A stretch of 64,000 bases of DNA, taken from NCBI GenBank assembly GCA_002633005.1, contig NMRA01000284.1, positions 129,489 to 193,488 on the forward strand, in the 5' to 3' direction. Positions 26,767 through 44,300 of the stretch are shown one piece after another (position 1 is the first letter of the stretch; every line of letters starts with the position of its first letter). Below the pieces are notes generated by a model. The model ran no database searches. It was given only the letters and a program-made list of their open reading frames with translations, and was not told where the DNA came from. The DNA is from Phoronis australis. Taxonomy: Eukaryota > Animalia > Phoronida. The position numbers and the translations under genes are program-made.

Positions 26767-27866
26767 CATAGGCGGATTTAGGGGGGGGGGNNNNNNNNNN
26801 NNNNNNNNNNNNNNNNNNNNNNNNNNNNNNNNNNNNNNNNNNNNNNNNNNNNNNNNNNNNNNNNNNNNNNNNNNNNNNNNNNNNNNNNNNNNNNNNNNNN
26901 NNNNNNNNNNNNNNNNNNNNNNNNNNNNNNNNNNNNNNNNNNNNNNNNNNNNNNNNNNNNNNNNNNNNNNNNNNNNNNNNNNNNNNNNNNNNNNNNNNNN
27001 NNNNNNNNNNNNNNNNNNNNNNNNNNNNNNNNNNNNNNNNNNNNNNNNNNNNNNNNNNNNNNNNNNNNNNNNNNNNNNNNNNNNNNNNNNNNNNNNNNNN
27101 NNNNNNNNNNNNNNNNNNNNNNNNNNNNNNNNNNNNNNNNNNNNNNNNNNNNNNNNNNNNNNNNNNNNNNNNNNNNNNNNNNNNNNNNNNNNNNNNNNNN
27201 NNNNNNNNNNNNNNNNNNNNNNNNNNNNNNNNNNNNNNNNNNNNNNNNNNNNNNNNNNNNNNNNNNNNNNNNNNNNNNNNNNNNNNNNNNNNNNNNNNNN
27301 NNNNNNNNNNNNNNNNNNNNNNNNNNNNNNNNNNNNNNNNNNNNNNNNNNNNNNNNNNNNNNNNNNNNNNNNNNNNNNNNNNNNNNNNNNNNNNNNNNNN
27401 NNNNNNNNNNNNNNNNNNNNNNNNNNNNNNNNNNNNNNNNNNNNNNNNNNNNNNNNNNNNNNNNNNNNNNNNNNNNNNNNNNNNNNNNNNNNNNNNNNNN
27501 NNNNNNNNNNNNNNNNNNNNNNNNNNNNNNNNNNNNNNNNNNNNNNNNNNNNNNNNNNNNNNNNNNNNNNNNNNNNNNNNNNNNNNNNNNNNNNNNNNNN
27601 NNNNNNNNNNNNNNNNNNNNNNNNNNNNNNNNNNNNNNNNNNNNNNNNNNNNNNNNNNNNNNNNNNNNNNNNNNNNNNNNNNNNNNNNNNNNNNNNNNNN
27701 NNNNNNNNNNNNNNNNNNNNNNNNNNNNNNNNNNNNNNNNNNNNNNNNNTTTTAGAGGCAAACCCCCCTCCCGACCTCCCCCCACTTCGGTGCTATGCGC
27801 ATCTACAATCGTGGTTCAGTTTGCGCAAATGTTTACAGCCTGACAAAAAGTTGGCCCCCCTTGTGA
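26767..27866 (+). mobile_element. Copy of the CATAGGCGGAT-ended element interrupted by an assembly gap (N 26791-27750)
   Basis: Starts CATAGGCGGATTTAGGGGG. After the gap, 27751-27866 matches 56842-56987. Confidence 0.65.
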
Positions 27867-28261
27867 CGAGACCCAACTCGCCGAGACTGAAACGCGGCGA
27901 GATTGTGTAGCTGCGCTACTCGCTGGTTCCCTGCGCCGCCGCTAAGTGGTCTAGGCACGTAGGGGACCAGCGAGGCTGTGCTGTCTCACGAAGGTCAATT
28001 CAGTGCTCGGCGCGCAGGGAAGCCTTTAAGTTTTATATTACAACTTCAAAGGCTCGGATTCTAACTTGAATATTTGCTACGAAAGCTGAATGCAATTTAC
28101 AATTGTTAAGCTTAAAATATCCATTTACAAAAAGTTACTAAATTACTTCAGTACATTGCGCAACTGTGCATGTTTCTGCTATAGTTGCATCCGAAGTTTT
28201 AGACACGTCGAGTTTTTCGGCAAAAAGATCCGTTTTTACGGTTCATGTGAGAAAACAAATC

Positions 28262-28385
28262 CTCAGGTTTATGACATGGGCACAACCTCTTGGAAATTTC
28301 GTCAAAATAGCTCAACAAGCCTCCGACGATAGGATTTTGCCAAAATTTCCCGGCCAAGAGGTTTTACCCATGTCATAAACCTGAG
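28262..28385. repeat. Foldback / long inverted repeat
   Basis: CTCAGGTTTATGACATGGG...AACCTCTTGG...AAATTT...CAAAAT pairs with ATTTTG...AAATTT...CCAAGAGGTT...CCCATGTCATAAACCTGAG. Confidence 0.85.
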
Positions 28386-29959
28386 AAGAGTGTAGGATTC
28401 GCTGCGTATTGCGCAGTTCATTTGATGCTCAGTCAATGACGTTCCTCTCACTTTTTATTCTGTACCGCCACAACCCAGCCGTTCGCGGGTTTCAGTTCCA
28501 CATAGAACCCTAGCCTTGTGCCACTGAATTAGCCGTGAGAGTTTGCACTGAGAATTATCGGCAAAAACTAGCCAATAAACCAGACATTGAACATTCTTAA
28601 TAAGCATCGACCTGTAACTCTGGGTGGATGCCGGCAGGTGTCGTAGAACCACTTTCAACCCACATGTACGATACTAGGCAACTCGGCTCAAAATAACCAG
28701 CTTTTAAAATAACTAATACCACTCACCAAAGTTTAATGGATAAATTCTAGTCATCAGCTAGGTTTGTCTTATCAAAAAGTCATTACGGTTTACGGCGGTG
28801 CTGGAGTGCGAGCATTCGACTCGGATTTTAATCAACCACTTTGTTTTCACATGAAAATTTCAGTTTCTACGTCACGGCAATAACGTGTCTACAATTTACC
28901 AACGACCAGGCACTTGATGAAAAAAGGGGGGGAGGGGTGCAGAATAAGATGGCTATTCTTGATCAAATAGGACAAGCAGTCAAGGCACAGGAAGGTGGAA
29001 ACTTTTTCGCCGAGTCGCACTTTTAAAGACTACAGGGCTTGAAATAGCCAGTGACAAGAGGAAAATTGTCCAGGTGGTGCAACATTACAAAACTAGGCTT
29101 TTGCGGGACCAGAGTCATTTGAGCACGAAAATATTCACTCAAGACATGCAGTTTAAATAAAGACCAAGGGGGCCCAATAAAAATCTGTCAAAATTTTATT
29201 TACTTTGGTAAGGATTGTATTCAGATTCTAACAAAATGTAAACGGCTGCTAAGTATGAACTTACACATCGTTTTAGAATAATCCCTGCTATACACCCAGC
29301 CAACCTACCCAAACAAATCCCAACTCATGAAATCAAAGATCGGAATGACCAATGGCAAAACATTTTCCAGGTGATGTATCAGATCACAGACTTGTGGGAT
29401 AGAAATATTTTTTGTGTTGTAAAGTTTAACTGAAATAAAATGTTTTTGTATGAATAAAGTCAAAATAATGATAAAAAACAGACCAAAAGAGGTAACTGGA
29501 AATCAAAAAAGAGGAAATCAAAACCCACGATAAAATCCTCTAAATAAGAAACATTCTAAGTTCCGTGAAATATTAACTTTGACGAATTTGGTTTGCTTCA
29601 ATGTAATTCTTCCTCTTTCCTCCCCAAAACCTACATCAACCTGTATCAATAACCAATTCATTGTTGTACTGGTGAATACTACCTCAGTCTCCAACATGTG
29701 CCCCCCAAGACAGTCTTGTACGACTACACATTTTTTGTGTTTACGCTGACAATAGTCTGTTATGAGGGTCCTGGATTATGAAAACCACTTTGATGACTGT
29801 TGGTGTACAAAACCAGTTCTCACATACGAGTATCCCATAAGTGGGTATCATACCTTATTTGAGTAACACCAACTTCTAAACCCACAGAGAAACAAGGCTG
29901 TCATTGGAGTCAAGTGTATTTGAAACTTTCATCCATGTACAATTTATACACAATATAGT

Positions 29960-36075
<6,116 letters not shown>

Positions 36076-36139
36076 GATGGCTGCCGGAAGAAAAAGGAAT
36101 CTGTAAGTAAGTGCGCAGAATCAGGAACAACATCCGGTT
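36076..36139. promoter_or_regulatory. RPS18/VPS52 inter-ATG region with 5'TOP/TCT initiator, ETS-like and YY1-like sites
   Basis: The - strand reads TTCCTTTTTCTTCCGGCAGCCATCATG, a pyrimidine-tract start typical of ribosomal protein genes. CCGGAAG at 36084-36090; CCGGATGT on the - strand at ~36129-36137; ATGGCTGCC is YY1-like. Confidence 0.75.
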
Positions 36140-39100
36140 ATGGAAGGAGGTGTGATTGTTACGTCGGAGGTAAACAATTTTCAAAATTTTTCTTATCTTA
36201 GCTATTTACTGATCATTGTTTACAGACTTTGATGAAGATAACTTTCCAGTACACACACTGTACCTTATTTAATATGCGGCCCATCGTGCAGTTGTTGATG
36301 TTACCGAGTCCGTATTGACTTCTATGGCATAGCCAGCCAGCTAGCTGTATGAAGACTGTCGTCAAAATACAGCTAGGTCCCACTGCGTGTATTTCTTCCG
36401 TAGACAGCGAAATTGCACACAGCCGAGGTAGTTCTGCTCATTAACGCACCATGAAACTTGTATCAACATGTAAAGCTAAAGACCGGATGGTGTGCATGCA
36501 TAATCTGGGAGTCAACCGACACTCACCTTGCCCGTTACAGCCGTTTTAGTGAAAAACAATGCAATAAACTTCATTTTCTTGCGTAACTCTCTGCCTTTTC
36601 TAACAATGAAAAGTATTTCGTCGTTTTGAAAACAGTACGCTCGTGTCACACGCACGCGGCTTTTTCCTAAATTTTTGCGACATCTCTCAGGAGACAATGA
36701 TAGCTTGGAAGCAGCAAAATTTCTTCTGAAATTCGATTTTTCGGTACCAAAATTCTAAAAACTTTTAATGAGGTGAAACCAGTTCTGATAATTGGTTGTG
36801 ACGTGTACGCAACCTCGTGAAAGAACAACAGTTGATTGAAGAATCGGCGAAAAAAGAAACTGGCCAATAAAATTTCATGGCACCGAAAGCGGTCGCTAAA
36901 GATCGCTCCACAACTTTAGCAGCAGAATAACGATAGAACACCATTTTTACCAACACCGTTAAATAATTTAAATTACTCAAGGAAGACTGTAGTTTTTAAT
37001 GACGCTAATTTTGTGTCAGATTTTATCTTACCACTTTTTTACCCGCATTTGTGCAAAGCTATATATTTATATACAGCTTTGTACCAAGGCTAAGAAGTTC
37101 TATGCTAACTCGCTCAGCTCATCTCTGTTTCATCTTTTTACATTTCAGGTCCTTCCTCCACAGCTGGGGGATCTCAACCTGGGTGAGCTTGATCTGACCT
37201 CCCAAGATTTTCTTCTGGATGAAGTTGATGGTATGGATTATGCCGTACATTTTGACCTATAATCCAGTTTGTTTTGAAAGTATAGTACATTTATCCTTTT
37301 GCCTTGAAGTAGCTGTTGACTTTCGAAGGGGCAGCTGCTGCATTCTGCAGCGAGATGGAGATTTTTTAAAACCCAAGCTAATTTTAAAATGTTGAACATC
37401 TCCCAAACCCTAAATAATTAGCCTGTAAAAAATGCATTGCCTGTTGTTGAAGCTAGAACTTTTCTACTTGGCAAGCTGTTAACAGAAAACTAGGTATTAA
37501 GTTAATTGATAGGTATATTGTAATTTAATGCACAGGTTCTCGTGAGGTCTTACCTTTACTCATATGAAAGCTTGAATGCACGCTGTAGAACAGAGGCTAG
37601 AGCGCCAAACGCAGAAGTCCTGCCTGCAGCAGGACCACATGAAGAGAGAGAAGTCCATATGATGCCCTAGTCATGTGACAATACTAGAACTCATAACATC
37701 CGGCCACTAACAAAAACCCACGAATGAACACGTCGAACACATGAGACAACACGAAAGACGAGACCACACAAACCAACATTCACAACAGTATACAATGTTA
37801 TGTACAGTAAAATCTTACCGATTCACGACACAATATGGCGGACAGGTGGAACTTTAATTTTTGCATTTTTTCACAAAAGATATCAGTTACATTCTAGATT
37901 GATGCTTTGCCGTAGATATCATTCTGTACCACAGCTGCAGGACATATTTTGAAAAACTGAGCATTCGCGACAGTGTTAGAAGCCCTCAAAAGTTTCGACA
38001 ATCATTTTTGTCCAAAACTGGTGAGATTTTTCCGAACCAATTATTATTGAACCAAACGGCGTTGATACTTTTTTCTTCAGTACACATACAACAGAACCTT
38101 GAAGACGACATTGTGAAAGAAGCCCTAGAGTCAGTAAGTTATTTGAATGTCTTCTTCCAATACAACTTACGCTATCTTCCATTCTTGTAAATGTTGACTG
38201 CAGACTTGCTTGTACTACTATATGAGACCCTTTACAGCAGTCATGTTTCTTTTTTTCTGCTGGGTTTCAGATATGGACATGCGTTATAGGCTGTGTCTTT
38301 GTGTGGGTTTGGACTAGAGTTATTAGATTAAAAGAATGATGCGAGAAGGTGGTGTAAGGCTGAGTGTTGCTGTTAATGAGAAGCGATGGTTTCAAAAAAC
38401 CTGACAACTTTTCTTCACATTTAGAATTGGCAGAATTTCGAAGCAGAAATGTGCAGCCCATTTTCAAGTAATTTTGCATCTGGTTTCTTGCTTGATTTTC
38501 GCCATAACTCACCAGATGAATTTCATCAAAATTTTTCAATTTTTTAAGACTGCTGTAGGAAATCACCGTCTTTTTTAGGTTTTGTTGAGGTACACCAGAC
38601 ATGACTGATCCAGTGTCACTGTTTCTTTCTCTAGGGTGTTGACCTTCGACAGTATTCCAAACAGATAGAGAATGAACTACTTGACGTCGAAAATGCCTCA
38701 ATACAGGACTGTATCCTTTAGTAACAAGTGTCTACTCACGATATTTTCATGTGTTTCCTAGTAGTTTTTAACTCACAATGGCATGAGTTGCAGCTGAGGC
38801 TCATTTAACTCGCGATTTCCCCATGGAATGATATTTTTGCCAATTCCCCATGGAATGATATTTTTGCCAATTCCCCCAAGTAATGATATTTTTGCCAATT
38901 CCCCCATAGAGTGATATTTTTGCCGATACTCCCATGGAATGATGTCTGCGATGTTCTTATATGACGGATTCAATATTGCAATGATTTTAAAGGCAAGTCT
39001 GACTGGGACTCTGTTGCATATGATGTACTTTTCATAGTTATGATCAAATTCTTTAATCAACAACTGCACACCAGAACCCTCTAATTACTATGCTCTGTTT

Positions 39101-41296
39101 GTCCTTATCTGAATATTAAGGAAAAAGATTGACCCTTTTTATAAACTAATGGTAAGTGGCCAACATCAACAGTTGTTTTATATCATGCCACTTGTTTATT
39201 GCACCTAAAACTATATTGTGATACCAGTGGTTACTTAGCCAGTCCTTAACTCTAAGTGAAGACATTAAGGAGAGTGAGAACATTGCCAGTCTTCACAAAC
39301 AGATAGCAGCGTGTGACACTATTCTACAGGTGGGTGAATATGTTATGTGAACTGAAGCCAGGGCTGTTGTGTTATGCATTCAACGTTGACTACTGTATTT
39401 CTCGACTTATTTAGCATCACCACAATCTCTGTTACGACTGTCTGCATACTTCCTGAGAAGATAAATAATTGTTTGCTCCTTTGTTTTTCACCTTTAAAGC
39501 CACATGTTCATCAGATTAGAATAAATCAAAATTTATTTATGACAACAAATCTAGCTTCAGAAGCAATTACTGAATTCAGTAATGTAGCCATTGAGCGATA
39601 ATGCAGTTAAACCTCACAAATTTCAGCCAAAAACTATTGCCAAGAATTACACTTTTGTTCAATTTTTAAGGGTTCTACGATGGTTGTGAATGTCCACAAT
39701 TTTTCAAAATTATATTGTTTGATGGTAGCTATGTTACTATTATTTATTATTATTACTATTATTATTATTAAAGGCGAAGGCAACCTTTTTCCATGTCATT
39801 TTGAGCTAAAATAAGGTTAGTTGGCTATCCTAGACATATTTTTCACTTAATTACAGCTTTTCGTAATTTTATTAATTATTCGTCCGCTTTTTCGGAAGTG
39901 ACGTTTTAGGAGGCAAGCGCTTCCCGCCAATTTCTTTTCACATAGTCTGACTGTGAGAGCTGCCGAGTCAGTCATTGTTCTACCTCGGTTGTGTTAAGTT
40001 CCGTCGTCGTTCGCTTTCATTTACTAGTCAGTCAACATGCCACACTGTTGCTGCGTACCGGGATGTAGTAATTATCGGCTCACGCGCGCTTTGGGAGTGC
40101 CTTTGCATCGCTTTCCGATGGATGACACACTTCGCCGTACTTGGCTCGTTCNTATTCCAAACAGATAGAGAATGAACTACTTGACGTCGAAAATGCTTCA
40201 ATACAGGACTGTATCCTTTAGTAACAAGTGTCTACTCACGATAAGACTTCAGATATTGCCATGTGTCTCCTAGTGGTTTTTGAGTCACGATGACACGAGT
40301 TGCAGCTGAGGCTCATTTAACTCGCGATTTCCCCATGGAATGATATTTTGCCAATTCCCCATGGAATAAAATTTTTGCCAATTCCCCCATAGAATGATAT
40401 TTTTGCCAATCCCCCCATAGAATGATATTTTTGCCAATCCCCCCATAGAATGATATTTTTGCCAATTCCCCAATGGAATGATGTCTGCGATGTTCTTATA
40501 TGACGGATTCAATATTGATTTTAAAGGCAAGTCCGACTGGGACTCTGTTGCATATGATGTACTTTTCATAGTTATGATCAAATTCTTTATCTTTAATCAA
40601 CAACTGCACACTAGAACCATCTAATTACTGTGCTCTTTTTGTCCTTATCTGAATATTAAGGAAAAAGATTGACCCTTTTTATAAACTAATGGTAAGTGGC
40701 CAACATCAACAGTTGTTTTATAACATGCCACTTGTTTATTGCACCTAAAACTATATTGTGATACCAGTGGTTACTTTATAGCCAGTCCTTAACACCAAGT
40801 GAAGACATTAAGGAGAGTGAGAACATTGCCAGTCTTCACAAACAGATAGCAGCGTGTGACACTATTCTACAGGTGGGTGAATATGTTATGTGAACTGAAG
40901 CCAGGGCTGTTGTGTTATGCATTCAACGTTGACTACTGTATTTCTCGACTTATTTATCATCACCACAATCTCTGTTACGACTGTCTGCATATTTCCTGAG
41001 AAGATAAATAATTGTTTGCTCCTTTGTTTTTCACCTTTAAAGCCACATGTTCATGAGATTAGAATAAATCAAAATTGATTTATGACAACGAATCTAGCTT
41101 CAGAAGCAATCACTGAATTCAATAATGTAGCCATGTGAGCGATAATGCAGTTAAACCTCACTAATTTCAGCCAAAAACTATTGCCAAGAATTACACTTTT
41201 GTTCAATTTTTAAGGGTTCTACGATGGTTGTGAATGTCCACAATTTTTCAAAATTATATTGTTTGATGGTAGCTATGTTACTTTTATTTATTATAA

Positions 41297-41333
<37 letters not shown>

Positions 41334-44300
41334 AATATTTGCAATGAGGGTAGCCCCATCAGTTCACACTGCTTTCCATGGGGGCCCTGATTTTGAGCAT
41401 GGAATATTAATCTCGTGCTACATGACTTTTATGGAAAAATTTGTGGTAGTAGTCAGATATAATGTGTCTGAATTTTGAGAACCAGTTTTCTCCACTGAGT
41501 AGCAGGCATCAAACTGGTTCACAAAATACAGATACATTATATCCGACTATTGCCTAATGCTTTATATAATTTAATTTATATGCCGTGCTGTCCCATAGCA
41601 AGATTTTATCGTGTTAGAGATGGAACATCAACAAAGCCCGGTAATTAATAATGCAAATATTTTTCAGGTCATTAACCATGTGTCCTTCAGTTATTATGAG
41701 GAGCCAGTGTGGCCTAGTGGGATGAGTGCCCCCTTTCTATACCAAAGGTTGTGGGTTCAAGTCCCACTGGGGAACACTGCTAAACCCTTGAGTCAGGTTT
41801 CTAGCTGTCCACGGCAGTTTTATGTATCTTTTTATATGTATTAAATCATAAAAATGGTTCCTAGTGATCAGTGCAATGGCCCCCACCTGAGCGGCCTGCA
41901 CACATCTGCTACAACCTGTACCAGAGCACCTGCAATTATTTTTTATATTATTTAAATCAATTATAATTTATCTGATGCAGTTTCCAGCATACAATTTACA
42001 GCTTTCCATGATTGTGGATTCTGTTTGATTTCAGACTATGGAGGAAATGTTAAACAGTTTCCAGCTAGATTTGGGCAGTATTAGTAATGAGATTGAAACA
42101 CTACAGGAACAGTCTGTGGCTATGAATGTCAAGCTTAAAAATAGACAGGTAAGTTGATTAGACAGACGCAGAGGCACTGGCAACTAGCGCTATCTATTGG
42201 CGTGTTATCGCACAAGACACACACAATGTAACTAAAACTTGTGAACTAAGTTGTTTTTAATTGGTCAAAAGTGAAACGAAGTCTGACAGTATACAATAGT
42301 AATAAAGATTTTGTATGACTGGTGGTGCCTTTGCGTCTTGACGATAGCTTAAGGGTAGGTCCTGGCAGCTCATGTGTGGCTGGCCCACCCTTGTCATTCA
42401 CCAGCTGACCCGTCACTGCCTGGCTTCACCCCATTGAACAAAATGTATGTGAACAATACTGGGTGTGTCATATTAATTTGTTGGCAGACATTAATGAAGT
42501 GAGCATGGCTGACAATTAAACAAATAACAGTATATTCGTCCTCCAGAGCAGCACTGACAGCTGACGTAGATACTTGATCTGTAGAGATCAGGTCATTTCA
42601 AGACTATTTTATGGAGTGAAAAGCTCAGTTTATCATGGATACTAGTAACTAAGTCTTATCTATCGGAAACCAACCGCCTGCTTATCGAGCAGATGTTCGT
42701 CTGCTTGAAACTTCCTGGATTCTGGATTAGAGGACTTGTATCTCAGAAATCTCTGCTCTGGGCTGAGCACGGATTTATTCTCGATATCTGTAAAAAGTTG
42801 GTTGTGAATTAATGGCTAGATATTATCTCAAGCTTACTTATGTGTTTCTGTTTTCAGGCGGTCAGAGGTGAACTGAGCCAATTTGTTGCAGAAATGGTCG
42901 TGTCAGAAGCTATGATCAAGTGAGTTGGACAGTGCTACTAATTTTTAAAACCCGTTGGCTCCCACTTGATTCGCTCATTACAAAATGAAAATTGTGTAAT
43001 CGTCGCATTCCTGGGATTTTTGCTGATCACAATCATAGTACCTGGAAATGTTTTAAGTGAAAATTAATTGTAGCATGCAATTTCATCACATTACTATAAC
43101 GATTCGTCCGCGTCACTTTTTTAAAGTTTAGAGCAAGTTAGAAATGTCTTTGATGCGTCTATTTAAGTGAGAAGTGTGACTAACTGTTCAGGTGACTTAG
43201 CTTAAAGTAAAAGTACATGACCCACTTTGTGACATGATGAAAAAGTGGATTAGTTGAATAAAGCTTTTATCTTTTATATGAGGTACTAAATGGACAATAG
43301 GTGATGAAAAGATTAGTTTTTGTGTGCAACACAGTGTTCTTTTCGTGTTGCTTGGTTTATACAGAGATGTCTTTGTCAACTACTCCCTCTGTTGTCGCTC
43401 TAGCCACATCATGTACTCCCTCTGTTGTTGTTCTAGCCACATCATGTACACCCTGTGTTGTTGTTCTGGCCATGTCATGTAGTCCCTCTGCTGTTGTTCT
43501 GGCCACATCATGTACTCCCTCTGTTGTTGTTCTGGCCACATCATGTACTCCCTCTGTTGTTGTTCTGGCCGCATCATGTACTCCCTCTGTTGTTGTTCTG
43601 GCCACATCATGTACTCCCTCTGTTGTTGTTCTGGCCGCATCATGTACTCCCTCTGTTGTTGTTCTGGCCGCATCATGTATTCCCTCTGTTGTTGTTCTAG
43701 CCGCATCATGTATTCCCTCTGTTGTTGTTCTAGCCACATCATGTACACCCCTGTAACAGAACGCCAGTTCCTGGAACAGATCCATGAACTCAACCACAAG
43801 ATCAGTTTTGTCAAGGAACAGTCATTCAAAGAAGCGAGATCATGTAGTGATGTAGCAGATATACTGGAGAAACTCAAGATCAAGGTAAGAGTCATGCTGT
43901 TTGGCTAAATGTAAGATCAAGCTGGCATAGCGTGGGCCCCTGTAAGGTCATCCTGGAAAGGCTAAGGATCCCCTTAAAAGGTCAAGCAGGCACAGCTGGA
44001 GGGACCCGAGTAAATTCATGCTGCTATGGCAAGAGTTCCCTGCAAGGTCACACTTTGATGGCTAGGGGGTACCCTGTAAGGTTATCAGTACTGGCATGGC
44101 TTGGGCCCCTTTAGGTCATGCTGGCACAGCTGGAGGGGCCCCAGTAAATTCATGCTACTATGGCAAGAGTTCCCTGCAAGGTCACACTTTCATGGCTAGA
44201 GAGTACCCTGTAAGGTCATTCTGCCATGGCTGTGCCCCCTTGTAAGGTAAACTATTGTGGGCCAGCCTCCCTGTGTCCCACTGTGCACCGTTGGTGTGTC

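Larger units (their letters stand above)
38653..41330. other. ~1.1-kb duplicate (38653-39771 / 40153-41330) across single N40152; probably uncollapsed haplotypes
   Basis: The second copy starts mid-exon right after the N. The copies differ by SNPs, minisatellite copy number and an insertion. Confidence 0.85.

Noticed and set aside
26717-27910. 397-aa and 335-aa ORFs
   Set aside because: Artefacts of translating the N gap.
43301-43908. Repetitive ORFs in five frames (ARTTTEGVHD, EQQQREYMM etc.)
   Set aside because: By-products of a 33-bp repeat; only 43734-43884 is VPS52 coding.
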